This document shows positions 1 to 11,700 of a DNA stretch of 64,000 nt, one piece after another (positions within the stretch are counted from its first letter, which is position 1; each line of letters opens with the position of its first letter). This DNA is from a bacterium (GTDB lineage: Bacteria; Zhuqueibacterota; Zhuqueibacteria; Residuimicrobiales; Krinioviventaceae). Where the stretch lies: positions 192,001 through 256,000 of the forward strand of contig CAXXFV010000006.1 of the NCBI GenBank assembly GCA_963674595.2, read 5' to 3'. The position numbers and the translations under genes were made by a program. The notes beneath the pieces were generated by a model. It was not told the DNA's origin. It did no database searches and saw only the letters and a program-made list of their open reading frames with translations.

Positions 1-1
1 C

Positions 2-1804
2 AGTGTTAAAGTTATCGGCACTGATTTGCAAGACACCTTTACAGCAACGGGCATCTCCGGTCCTGCGACAAATCTGCAATATTATGCCGGCGATACACAG
101 GTTGATACGGTCGGGCAAATTTTGCCGGAACAAGTCGCTGTCCTGATTTCGGATGAGGATGAAAATCCTGTAGCTGGTGTAACGGTTGATTTTACTATCG
201 TTGAAGGAGCAGAATATAATTGTCAGATTGTCGGGGCTTCGCAGGTTGTTTCCAATGACGAGGGCATAGCCCAGGTTTCTGTAAAACTGGGAGAAAAAAC
301 CGGTGAGTACGGTTTTCGGGCAACATCTCCGGCCATTCAAGACCAGTCTGTATATTTTACTGCTCAGGCACAATCTGATAAAGGATATAAATTAAGCAAA
401 GTGTCCGGTGACTTTCAATATATGACCCGGGGGCGTGAATTGGTTTATCCTGTTGTTGTTAAAGTTACTGATAAATTTGATAATAGTGTAAAAGGAGATT
501 CCATCTCGTTTAGTGCGACTTTAAATAGTGGATCTGCGGAAAAGCAAAAATGTCCGACTGATAGTCTTGGGTTAGCCGGTGTAATGTGGACCATAGGAGG
601 GAATGATGATAATGAACTCTGGGCGATTAAGCAGGGATTAACTCCTTCTTATCAGATATTTAGAGCGTATGGTGTTGAAAATGCTTTCCCGGAATTTAAA
701 AGTGCTCCGCTGGATACTGTTATCGACTATACGAACGGACTTTATGAATTTCAGATTTCTGTTCAGGACGATGATAACGATCCCCTGCAATTTATTATCG
801 AAAATATGCCTTTTGGCGCTGTTTTTGACACGGCATTGTGTACCTTTAAATGGACGCCCACAGCGCAGCAAAAAACTATCTGGAACATTAATTTTAAAGT
901 ATATGATAATAAAACCGGGAATGAACAGGGTTTTGATGAGCAGGATATGAAAATAGAGGTTATTGGAAACTCTGCGCCTGTTATTGAGTCCTATTTTCCG
1001 ACCTCCTCATCTGTAAATATCGGCCCTGGTGATGAACAAGTATTTCAAATTACAGCTTTTGACCCGGATGATGATGACTGGTATGCCGTCTGGTATGTTG
1101 ACGGAATTGAACGGGCCAGAAACCAAACCAGTTTTACCATGACGGCTGATGAATACCCTGGTAATCATGGTGTTGAATGCGTTGTCTCTGATGAAACGGC
1201 TCAATCATCCCATGTATGGCTTTCTACTGATGTAAAGCTTGTCAGTTTTTCAGCTTCTCATGTCGCTTATCAAGGTGTTAAAGTCGAATGGGTAACCAGT
1301 CTTGAAGAAAATAATATCGGATTTAATGTTCTTCGTTCTTTAACGGAAAATGGAAAATATATCAAGATTAATGAAAATTTCATTAATTCTCGTACGGAAA
1401 AAATATATAGTTATATAGATTCTACGGCCAGTCAAAAATTGAGTTATTATTATAAACTGGTTGATATTGATAGAAATGGGCGCACCATGGAACATGGCCC
1501 GATTTTTATTCAGCCCGATTTGCCAAAAGATTTTATCGTTCATCAAAATTTCCCAAATCCGTTTAACCCGGAAACCAAAATTCGTTTTGAAACTCCGGAA
1601 ACAGAATATGTAACTATAAATATTTACAATATCACGGGACAACTGGTAAAAAGTCTTGTAAACAATACATTATTTGCCGGGTATCACGAAATTGTTTGGG
1701 ATGCTAAAGATAATTTGGGATACAATGTCGGCTCCGGTGTTTACTATTATCACATCACTGCCGGGTCCCATAAATCAGTTCGCAAAATGGTTTTGTTACG
1801 TTAG
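2..1804 (+). CDS. 5'-truncated secreted protein: Big_1/Ig-like repeats, putative Ig domain and C-terminal FlgD-Ig/T9SS type A-like sorting domain
   Basis: The frame is open from base 2 (agt gtt aaa ...), so the gene starts before the window. Ig-like motifs (VLISDEDENPVAGVTVDF; VKVTDKFDNSV). C-terminus QNFPNPFNPET...IYNITGQLVK...WDAKDN...SGVYYY...RKMVLLR. Confidence 0.85.
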   Translation, partial: SVKVIGTDLQDTFTATGISGPATNLQYYAGDTQVDTVGQILPEQVAVLISDEDENPVAGVTVDFTIVEGAEYNCQIVGASQVVSNDEGIAQVSVKLGEKTGEYGFRATSPAIQDQSVYFTAQAQSDKGYKLSKVSGDFQYMTRGRELVYPVVVKVTDKFDNSVKGDSISFSATLNSGSAEKQKCPTDSLGLAGVMWTIGGNDDNELWAIKQGLTPSYQIFRAYGVENAFPEFKSAPLDTVIDYTNGLYEFQISVQDDDNDPLQFIIENMPFGAVFDTALCTFKWTPTAQQKTIWNINFKVYDNKTGNEQGFDEQDMKIEVIGNSAPVIESYFPTSSSVNIGPGDEQVFQITAFDPDDDDWYAVWYVDGIERARNQTSFTMTADEYPGNHGVECVVSDETAQSSHVWLSTDVKLVSFSASHVAYQGVKVEWVTSLEENNIGFNVLRSLTENGKYIKINENFINSRTEKIYSYIDSTASQKLSYYYKLVDIDRNGRTMEHGPIFIQPDLPKDFIVHQNFPNPFNPETKIRFETPETEYVTINIYNITGQLVKSLVNNTLFAGYHEIVWDAKDNLGYNVGSGVYYYHITAGSHKSVRKMVLLR

Positions 1805-1828
1805 ACAAGTGTGAAATACGTTTTTTAT

Positions 1829-1860
1829 AAAGCCTTATTTTTAAATAAGGCTTTTTTATT
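1829..1860 (+). terminator. Rho-independent terminator
   Basis: Perfect inverted repeat AAAGCCTTATTT / AAATAAGGCTTT followed by a T-run, 25 bp after the stop codon. Confidence 0.8.
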
Positions 1861-1970
1861 TGTAATAAAAATACTATTTTTATTACAACAAATATCGTGT
1901 TGTTCCGATATTTTACAAGCCGATCTGTTTATGTTAACTGGTATTAAAATTTTTGGGAGTATTGTTTGAG

Positions 1971-2375
1971 ATGAAAATCGATGAAATTATGACGACCAAA
2001 ATTGTTACTGTTGAGATGGACGATACATTGCAAACTATATCTGATATATTTCAACATGTTGAATTTCACCATCTTCCTGTTGTTGATAATAACAAATTAC
2101 ACGGTATTATTTCTGATCGTGACCTTCTCAAAGCAACAAGCCCCTTTTTGCATACCTTAGCTGAACAATCCAGAGATTATGCCGTGCTAAATAAAAAAGC
2201 ACATCAAATAATGACGCGTAATCCTATTACTGTTTCACCTGATACAGAAATTGATCAGGCTGTAAAAATTTTACTGGAAAATAGTGTTTCCTGTTTACCT
2301 ATTGTTGATGATAATTTCCATATTATCGGCATTGTTACATGGAAAGACCTCGTTCGTATTATTATTAAATACTGA
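1971..2375 (+). CDS. CBS domain pair protein (AcuB-like)
   Basis: MKIDEIMT...HHLPVVD...GIISDRD...IMTRNPITV...SCLPIVD...GIVTWKD. ATG at 1971 after GGGAG is preferred to the TTG at 1953. Confidence 0.88.
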   Translation: MKIDEIMTTKIVTVEMDDTLQTISDIFQHVEFHHLPVVDNNKLHGIISDRDLLKATSPFLHTLAEQSRDYAVLNKKAHQIMTRNPITVSPDTEIDQAVKILLENSVSCLPIVDDNFHIIGIVTWKDLVRIIIKY

Positions 2376-2408
2376 TTATTTTTCAATTAAAAAATACAGA
2401 GGAAGGCT

Positions 2409-4626
2409 ATGAAGATTTTTTTAACTACTTTTCTCCTGTTTATGTTATTATGGGGTATTCCTGCACATGCAGTTGAACCCTACCATGATCGTGCGTTTCC
2501 TCAGGAATATCATCAAATTTTTCAGATATCAGGCAAAGACAACTTGAACGCCTGTGCCGTTGTTGTAACCAATGACAATCGTGTTTGGGCTGCGGCTGAG
2601 GATGGTTTATATGTTCTTGCTAAAGATGAACAAATCTGGAAACCCTATGCAAATGAAAAAATTACCGGTCCGTTATTCAGTTTAATTGCGGACTCGACTG
2701 ATAATATATGGGTTGGTGCCTGGAACGGACTTTTACATATTTCCGGCGATCAGGTACGAAAAATGCCTGTTTGCGGAATTATAACCGCTATGACATTTCA
2801 TCAAAATTCCTTATATGCAGCCGGCCCGGATGGTTTTTGGCAAATTACGAACGATAAAGTTGAACAACTTGATATGCCCTTTTCGCGATCTGTTAAAAGT
2901 CTTTTATCCGATAAAAAGGGCGGTTTGTGGATTTCAACAGCGAACGGGCTTTATTATTCAAGTCCTTCGCAGTTCTATATAATTCAGGATCCTGATATAT
3001 TACCGAGTTTGAATGTTTCTGAAGCGGTTTACGATACTAATGGCAAATTGTGGGTTGCCTGTTTGGGAGGTATCGGTGTTTTGAATCACGCTCAACCCGT
3101 ACAAATGTATACAACCAAAGACGGTTTGCCGGGCGTTTACCTGAATTGTGTTGCAAAGGCGCCGGATGGAAAAATCTGGATCGGTACGGATAAGGGTGTT
3201 GTTCAAACAGATGGAAAGGACTGGTCATTGCGTCACAGTCGGCGCTGGCTTTTGAGTGATGATGTGCGGGACATTGCTTTTGATAAGCAGAGTACGGCAT
3301 GGATTGCCACATCCAAAGGAGTCAGTGCGATAAAAACAAAAAATATGACATTGGCTGATAAAGATCAATTTTTTCACCGTATTTGTATGGCACGTCACAG
3401 ACGTGAACCGGGCTTGATAGAAAAATGCCGGTTAACAACTCCCGGAGACACGACCTCATGGCAGCCCATGGATGATGATAATGACGGACAATATACCGGT
3501 ATGTATCTGGTCATGGAAAGTTACCGATTTGCCGCTACCCAGGACCCCCAGGCCAGGTTGAACGCACAAAACGCCTATAATGCTTTGGAACATTTGCAGC
3601 ATGTTACGCAAACAGACGGATTTGTTGCGAGGACTGTCATTCCAAAAGATTGGAACAGGATGGGAGACCCGAACAGAACATATACACCGCAACAGTGGGC
3701 AAAAAGCCGTGTTGAAAATCCCCGTGATAAAAAGGTAGAAAGCTTGTGGCGGTCATCCAAAGACGGGAAATGGCTGTGGAAAGGGGATACCAGCAGTGAT
3801 GAAATGACCGGTCACATGTACGGTTATTTGTTTTATTATGATCTGGTTGCAGATAAAACTGAAAAGAAACGTATTTCCAAACATGTATGCGCGATCATGG
3901 ATTATATTATTGATAACGGTTATGTTCTCACAGATATTGACGGCACCCATACGCAGTGGGGTGTTTGGTCACCGGAAAAACTTAATCATGATCCGGACTG
4001 GCAGGCAGAGCGGGGTATTAATTCTATAGAAATTCTTTCCTATTTAAAACTTGCCTATCACGTCAGCGGAGATGAAAAGTATCAGCGGGAATATAACAAG
4101 CTGTTGTATAAAGAAAATTATATAGTTAATATTCTGATTGCCAAAAGAACAAATCCTGCCTGGCGTACCCATATAGATGATGAGCTACTCGCGCTTGCAT
4201 ATCCGTGTCTTTTACTGTATGAGGATGATCCGGCGCTCCGGGAATTGTATGAAAAAAGTTTTGAGATGTGGTATGAAAATGTTAAATATGATAACAGTCC
4301 GTTTTTTGAATTTACCTATGGCGCTTTTAAAGGCAAGCTGCCCCGTTTTCAGAAAGCCATAGAATTTCTCATTGACACCCCGTTGGACCTGGTAAGATGG
4401 CAGATTGATAATTCCCAGCGTGAAGACATAAATCTTGTTCGTTTTCCTGAAATGGAAAACCTGCAATTGAACCGAATGTTTACCCATCAGCGAACGCAGT
4501 TTTTTTCGCTGGGACAGGAATCCCTGGAATGTTATAGCCGGTGACGGCGGTTATACTGAAAGCGACGGTGTTTTCTGGATGCTCCCATATTGGATGGGGC
4601 GCTATTACGGTTTTATAAAAAATTAA
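2409..4626 (+). CDS. Secreted protein with two-component-regulator-type beta-propeller repeats and a helical, probably (alpha/alpha)-barrel, C-terminal domain; +1 frameshift near 4480
   Basis: Signal peptide and repeats D..G.(I/L)W(I/V)GT..G. Acidic motifs DDDNDG and WKGDTSSDE. Removing one T at 4479-4481 gives ...RMLPISERSFFRWDRNPW...VFWMLPYWMGRYYGFIKN* ending at 4626. Confidence 0.75.
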
Positions 4627-4647
4627 TGTGAGGAAAGATACAATACG

Positions 4648-5363
4648 ATGCGAATGGTCGATAAATACCGGTTATACTGTTGGATATGTGCAATACCTTT
4701 ATGACGAATTTTGATCGTTTTGGTGCTGAGCAGGATTTTTCGAAAACATATCGAAAGATGGGTGGAAAATTATTTGATGATGATACGATAAATAAGCTTA
4801 TTTCAAGATTATATCATGATGTTGTTGATGTTTATGACCATCAAAAAGGTATAGAAAAATTGGCTCCGCTTGATTATTTCATAAGACAGCGGCAGCAAGA
4901 GTTTGAAATTCCTGAACTGGAAATACCATTGGTCCATCAGGTTTTTGCCGAGCATGAGTGCGGGACCGTGCCACAGGAACATGTGCAGGTGATCCAGTCA
5001 TTGAGTAAAACAAACAAACTGGGAATTGTTTCCAACATTTGGGCGGATAGCGGCCGGTTTCGAAATGAGTTGATTAAGTGCGATATTGAGCAATGTTTTG
5101 ATGTGCTTGTTTTTTCTTCTGATATTGAATTTATCAAACCTTCAAAACAAATATTTGACATAACACTGCAACAGATAACCGAGTCTCCCGACCAAATTTT
5201 GTTTGTCGGTGACAGCCTGTCCCGTGATGTTGCCGGGGCACAGGCTGTTGGTTTAAGAACAGCCTGGCTAAGTTATGGCAAAGATTTTTCCGGTAATGGT
5301 TATGTAAAACCGGATTATACTATACGGGCTTTTACTGATTTGCCGAATCATGTTCCGTCATAA
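4648..5363 (+). CDS. HAD-superfamily hydrolase; -1 frameshift near 4663-4671
   Basis: Motif I region VILLDMCNT begins upstream of the ORF-track start. Also IVSN, KP and FVGDSLSRDVAGA motifs. ATG at 4648 after GAGG joins this frame if one base is added. Confidence 0.82.
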
Positions 5364-7585
5364 TAATGACGTCTTTTTTACGATGATTTGGTGTTACAAT
5401 CAAGTTTTCAACCTGACCATTAATAAATGAACCCTGTATTATGGTTTGTTCCGGGGCATGCAGTTTAAATTCCACGTTCCAGTCTTTGGGCCATGCCGGA
5501 AATAATAATATCTTGCCATCATCTGTCTGCAAAATCATCCTCTGCAATGCAATCATACTAACCGAACCGTGATCCTGGTCCGGTGTCCAGTCATAATTCG
5601 GACCCCAAAAAGCAGGAAACCTGTACCTGTCATCCTTTGTTGTAAAATTTTTTACAACCATAGATTCTGCTTCTGATACCAAGCCCAGTAGGGCCGCTTG
5701 TATCGGCGTCTGGTACCATCCACCGGTGCCTCTATGAATTCGATGCTCAAATGTTTTGCGTGCATAATCTAAATCAGGTTTTTCTGCTCCATATAAACGA
5801 TAGGGGAAAATTGTATATAATTCCGGATTTTCCTGATTATGTTTTGGTCCGGGTATTTCAGCAAATCCTATAACGGTTTCACCATTTACGATCCGCTGCG
5901 GTATCTCCGGCAACTGTTTTTCAAGCTTTTGACACAGTTTTTTAAAATTTTTATCAATCGTTTTGAGTTTGTACAATTTTGGTAAAATAAACCCGAGTCC
6001 GGCTATTTCCGGAGTCGGATTAACGGAATCCCAATAGGTTTCCAATGACTGTCCCGGCCAGATTTTTAACTTGCCGTTTTCATCGCGTTGATAATGCTGG
6101 TCATAAAAAGTGATAATTTCGTTGGCAACCGGTAACAGATATGTTTTTAAAAACTCTTTATTGGCTGTCATATCATAATAATCGAGCATAAGCGTGACAA
6201 GCTCAATACCATCCTGCCAGTAGTAGCGAATGTATTGATTAAGCGTCGTTCCAAGCGGCAAATTTTCTCTTTCCCAGCCGTAATTGGAATCCGTATAGGT
6301 CCCCCCAAAAGTACATGGTTTCCGGGTAGATGGCCCCGTCATGCTGGTAATAAGTTTTAACCCTGTTTTTTGCAAGAGGAAGCGTATTCAGAAACATATC
6401 AAAAAGCGGTTTCATCAGTGAAAAATCACCGCTGTATAACATGGACCAATAGGGGAGACGTGTGTTTTGCCACCAGTAGGGACCGCCCCAGCGACGGAAA
6501 TCGGCATCATAATGCACACCGTTAAAATAAGTGTCGACTGTAAAAATCGTACCGTTGAATTTAATCGGAGAGTTTCCGCGTCCGGCACAGGCATTAATAA
6601 ACCGCTGCAGCAAATAGCCCTGGGTGATTGTTTTAGATTCTTTAAATCCGTCCAAAAATATCCAGCTTTTGTCCCAGAAATTTTTCCAATATGAATAATG
6701 TTGTTCCTTTGTATCCGTTTCATTTAACTGTTTGGCATTATTTACAGCCGTTTCCAGTTTATTATTCCATTCGGTCAGCGTTTCGGTTTGTGATGTCAGG
6801 GCAACTATTTTTAAACAATGTTTTTTACCCAAAGTGGACAAAAGGGTGGAGGCATCTTGTTTTAGAAAATTTTCTCCAAACATGCGGCAGCCGAATGTTC
6901 TGTTCATTAACGGATCAGTGCCTTTGTTCACCCAGTTGTCCAGTCCCTGTAATTCAAGGTTTGCCTGCCAGATCGATCTGGAATTGCGATGACACCAGCC
7001 CAGTTCGTCTTTTTGCAGGTCTAAAAGAGTATCCGGTTCAACAAAAATGGCGTTGGGTCCATTATTTAAACCATAGGCCGAATGTGCTTCATCACCCTTG
7101 ATCTCACGGGGAAAAGTTCTCCATAATTCCACACTGGCTTTAACCTGAACATCTTTGGCCGCATCGGATTCAACATATATAACAGGATGATTGGCATCAA
7201 CCCGAATGGTTATACGGGCGGCGTTTTCCTTTTCACCGAGTTGTATGGTCATTTCACCTTTTGAAACATCGAGCGTTTGCGAAAATTTTGGATCAGAATA
7301 AAAAGGATTGGGCATAATCTGTATACGGACCCGGCCCAGTTTTAACAAACGTGCATTTTCGCTCCAGGCATCGGTTTTTGAAATATAGAATAAAATGTCA
7401 TCATTTTCAGCGACCCAAACATTCAAGCCGATGTCGCCGTTTCCCAGCGGCATCGAATTTAAAGCCGTATTACCAGGAGTGTCCCACGTTACTTGATATT
7501 CTTGTAAAGCTTTGGTTGCATCAAATGCATAAAGTGTTACATGAGGTAAAATAACAATAAATAGGATATAAATGAATTTTCGCAT
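5332..7585 (-). CDS. DUF5703 / GH95-like glycoside hydrolase (secreted); +1 frameshift in the C6 run at 6301-6306
   Basis: SMPLGNGDIG, ISKTDAW, RRWGGPYWWQNTRLPYW, ENPELY, LLFPAWPKDWNVEFKLHAP. The two track ORFs join as YPETMYFWGTYTDSNYGW. Start MRKFIYILF follows GAGGAG. Confidence 0.8.
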
Positions 7586-7607
7586 TTTTTTGCTCCTCAT
7601 AATAGTT

Positions 7608-8705
7608 TTATGGATCTGCATGTCCGGTTTTGTAGAGGTGATCTTTAATTTGACAGGCTCTATCATAATTCCCGGACTGGATTATTATTCTGGAAAATCC
7701 GGTTTTAATCATTTCCTGATGTTTTTTATCAACAGGGACCGTCCACTGGACGATGGGAATTTTACTTTCCCTGCATTTTTCATACATATCATCCAACTGG
7801 TAAAATTCTCCCTGATAGGGATTAATGCCTTTTAAATTCTCCAGTGTTAATAACTCGGGATACCATTGGTGGGCCTTGCCGCAAAAGTGTATCCAACCCT
7901 GCCAATTGTTCAGCAGCATTTCATCAAAAGGTTTGATGAGAGTTTTATATTGTTCTCCACTTAGATTAACGGTAGAGTCGTTTCGTATACATAATCCGCC
8001 CAGATAATTCCATGCGCCATCATGTTCGGAAATATCTTTGCCGTCTATTGTGCGGTGCTTTTTGACAATATCAATAATCGTATTACATATAATCGTCATC
8101 AAATCTTTCAACTTTTCCGGCTCATCAAGTACGGCCAGATAGATGCTGGACCCCCAGATAATACTTGCGTTATCAAAAGGTCCCTGAATGTCCAGGCATT
8201 GTGAACCGACAACCTGATTGAGTTTTTCATAGGGAGCCAATGTTTCTCTGTACCAGGCAACCGTTTCCAACGATTTTTGCACCAGTCCGGATGAAATATC
8301 TACCGTACCTTTTTTTAAAATGGAGTCGATTTCTGACTGTGATATTTCCTTGGAAATGGGCAGCTCTGTTTCAAAAACATGGACCGGGCATCTGAACGCC
8401 GATGCTATAATACCGGTACCATAATTGGCACGAATACCATAAAGTCTGTCGTCCTGAAGTTTGGCCCCCATATAAACCTGCTTTAATTCATTTAATAATA
8501 ATTTTTCGCGGTTATAAAAGATTTCATTAAAGTTAAAGCACGGCCATTCATCTTCCGGTATGTTATAATTTATTACTGTTGGAATGTGATCGATTTCCTT
8601 GAACTGAAAAGCATTCTGTTGCAATGAACGTGTTTTTTCAACATGTTCCAGGTCGATCATCTTTTCGAGTTTTTCGAGATAGGGATGTACATTTATAGCT
8701 GTCAT
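7608..8705 (-). CDS. UroD/MtaA-CmuA (URO-D_CIMS-like) superfamily protein, paralog 1 (HxCG type)
   Basis: DIQGPFDNA..IWG, DEPEKL..LM, NDSTVNLSGEQY..LIKPFD, WIHFCG. Coupled to GH2 by a TAATG overlap. Confidence 0.78.
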   Translation of the reverse strand: MTAINVHPYLEKLEKMIDLEHVEKTRSLQQNAFQFKEIDHIPTVINYNIPEDEWPCFNFNEIFYNREKLLLNELKQVYMGAKLQDDRLYGIRANYGTGIIASAFRCPVHVFETELPISKEISQSEIDSILKKGTVDISSGLVQKSLETVAWYRETLAPYEKLNQVVGSQCLDIQGPFDNASIIWGSSIYLAVLDEPEKLKDLMTIICNTIIDIVKKHRTIDGKDISEHDGAWNYLGGLCIRNDSTVNLSGEQYKTLIKPFDEMLLNNWQGWIHFCGKAHQWYPELLTLENLKGINPYQGEFYQLDDMYEKCRESKIPIVQWTVPVDKKHQEMIKTGFSRIIIQSGNYDRACQIKDHLYKTGHADP

Positions 8706-11700
8706 TATCGTTCCATTAATAAACGTTTTGCAAAGATGGAAGCAATTGGATTATCATTCGTTCTGCCGGACAATTCGACCTGGCATATTCGCCACATTCC
8801 TTTTTCATCTGTTTTTTCGGCCGCAGCAAAGACCGGTTTCCATCCGGCGGTCCAGTCTCCGTTACCGCTTTTTAAAATTGCTTGCCAGTTTTTCGTATCA
8901 AACGTTGTATGTAATATGGGAGAAGGGCAATCTGTTTTAGGATCATACCAGAACCAAAAGTCATCCGGATCAAAATCTGCTACCAAATGGTGCCCCGTAT
9001 CTCTTGATACAAAATGGCGGTCACCCATGCCGCACACAGAAACCGTAATTTCAGAATCGGCAATTTTATATTCACCGGGGTCGAGTTCCAGAAAGACGGC
9101 TAGTGCCCCGCGACGAACAGCTTTTTCTATTTCTTCTTTTTGTTTATGAAACGTTTGAAAATTATCTATTAATATGATCAAACTTTCTTTGGGTAATTGC
9201 ACCTTGTTCCTGGACAAACCAAGATCATCAAGCAAACGCCAGGCTTTGTCCTTTGATGAAGAACTTGTTATATAAATCGGCAGATTGGATGTGGTCGTGT
9301 CCTGCGGGAGAATATCAACTGTGATATCACCGGTATTGAAACATTTTTCAGAGGAGACCAGACGGGTTGTTATGTACAGTTTTTCACGATCTGAGCAGGC
9401 CGGTGCTTTAAATTTTATATATCCGCAAAACTGACTGCTGTTCACAGGAATTTTTACCTTTTCATTACCGCTGTAAATAACGCTGCCGTTTTTATTTGAT
9501 ATGGAATAGGATAAAAGAACATCTTTTAAAGATTCATTCGTATCGTTGCAGACCCACGTTTCAATTTGGATTTCATCATTTTCAAAATATATCCATTTAT
9601 CGGTGCGCAAACTTGTCATAACCGGTGATAAGGCATTTCGGTAGGTAAAGTAAGCCGGTTTGGGCTGTCGCTCCACATCCATGATTGTTTTCATCCAACC
9701 GGATGGAAAGGCATCGATGAACAAATGAATGGCAAATGAAACCATTCTGCTGTCCCGGCGAAAAGCTTCGGTTACAAGGCGTGTAATACGCACCTGGTGT
9801 TTTTGAGAGGCATGAATCCAGTTTTGTAATGAATACTGGGAATCATACCACATGTAATGAAACCGGCCCGATTGAGCGTTGACAATGCTGTTTGGGGACC
9901 AGTTTTTTTCTTCTGATTCGGATTGCGGAAGCCACTCTTTTGGATAGTATTTGCGCATAACACTTTCGGACTCTAATCCCTCAGAACCGAATTCTCCACA
10001 GGCATAATACCACCCCTTTTTAACAGGCTGCCAGTAACCTTTGTGCAGTTTTCCCAGGTCAAGACCATGACCGTTGTACCAGCCGTTGTAACAATGATTG
10101 TCCGGCAAGCCCGGTCCGGGCGGATCGTAATCCCCGTCAACAGCCTTGATGACACGGTCCGGATTGTTTAGTTTAACAACCAAATCGGCTGCCTCAAAAA
10201 AGTTTTCCAGTTCCTTGCGTAAAAGGTGCCGGTGCGGCTTGTCCATAGCATTGGGAAAGGGCTCATTTATATACGACATTAATACATTACAGGGATGATT
10301 TCGGACCAGTTTTTCCATTTCTTCGGTTTGACGAACAGCTTCGCAAAACTGGTTTTTCCTTAACACGCCGAATAACGGCAAATCCGTTTGCACCATTAAA
10401 CCCAAACGATCACAATATTCGTAAATTTCCGGTTGAACCGGACGTTGTGTCAACCGCAGAAAATTCATATTACAAATTTTTGCCAAGAGAATATCATCGA
10501 TTAATTGAGACCAGTCTTTTTTAATAACACACTGCTGTAAATGACCCATCGTGTTGGCGCCACGTAGCCGAACGGCTTGTTTATTCAGATAAAACATACC
10601 TTTTGGTTCAGACTCTGTATCCTGAGTAAAAGAGCGGATGCCGAACTGCTTTGCAAATGTATCTATTTTCTGTTGATGGTTGTCCAGCAAACTGATATGC
10701 ATCTGATATAGCCAGGGTTCCGTGAGACTCCAGATTTTCGGATTATCGACGGCAACTGTGAATTTATAAGTATTTACTCCCGGTCCAGCCGGCAGGGGTA
10801 TGTTTTTGTCGTCTCTTTTGGCCACATCTCCCAGTCCCGGCACATGGATGCTGGACGGAACAATGTGATTGTCCTGACAAATACATGTTTTAAAATTTTG
10901 TCCGTAAATAGACAGATTGAATTCTATTTCGCGCGGCTGTATATCGCAGTGAAAGATATCGAGCCAGATTTCAATCTGCTTAGCGTCCATCATCGGGCGT
11001 ACAAAAATATCTTTAATAAAAATTCGCGGCCGGGTTTCCAGAAAAACATCCTGATAGATGCCCATTCCCGGAGGACAGTGGTGCCAGCCAACCTGCGGAT
11101 CATCATAACCGCATCCTGTTGCTGCGTATATTTTATCGCCTTCAAACCGTTCTTCGCTTTCCTGGGTACGGCTTCCCATGCAGATGAAATCATTTTCAAC
11201 TTTTATGAGCAGCGAGTTGGCGCCTTTATTAACATAATCGGTAATTTCAAATTCAAAAGGGGCAAAAAATCCTTCATGGGACCCGATAAAGGAACCGTTT
11301 ATAAAGATATGCGCCTTGTAATCCACACCTTTAAAACAGATGAAAAGAGACTGATCTTTTACCGGTTTTTCCTGAACTTGAAACTCTGTTTTATACCACG
11401 TGGCTGCTTTGCCAAGGGGCGGGCCATAATGAGGAATAGTCACTTTTTCCCAGTTACCTTTTCCTTGCAGGATATTGAGAAAATTGTTTTTATCGGTATC
11501 TGTTTCTATTTTCCAGTCAAATTCCTCAAGATTTTTACGGCTTCGCAAGGACTTGTATTCGGGGGCTAGATTTTGTAAAAACGGCTCATATTGTTTTCGA
11601 AATTTTTCCAGTTCCTGTTGTAATTCCTCTGCCGAATCCATTTGTTTCGGGATTTCCTGTTGGACGCATTTATCTCCAGTGGTTAAAGGTAATATTTTAT

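Noticed and set aside
7586-7666. Extended start of the DUF5703 gene
   Set aside because: It overlaps the upstream gene. The RBS GAGGAG and signal peptide indicate a start at 7585.
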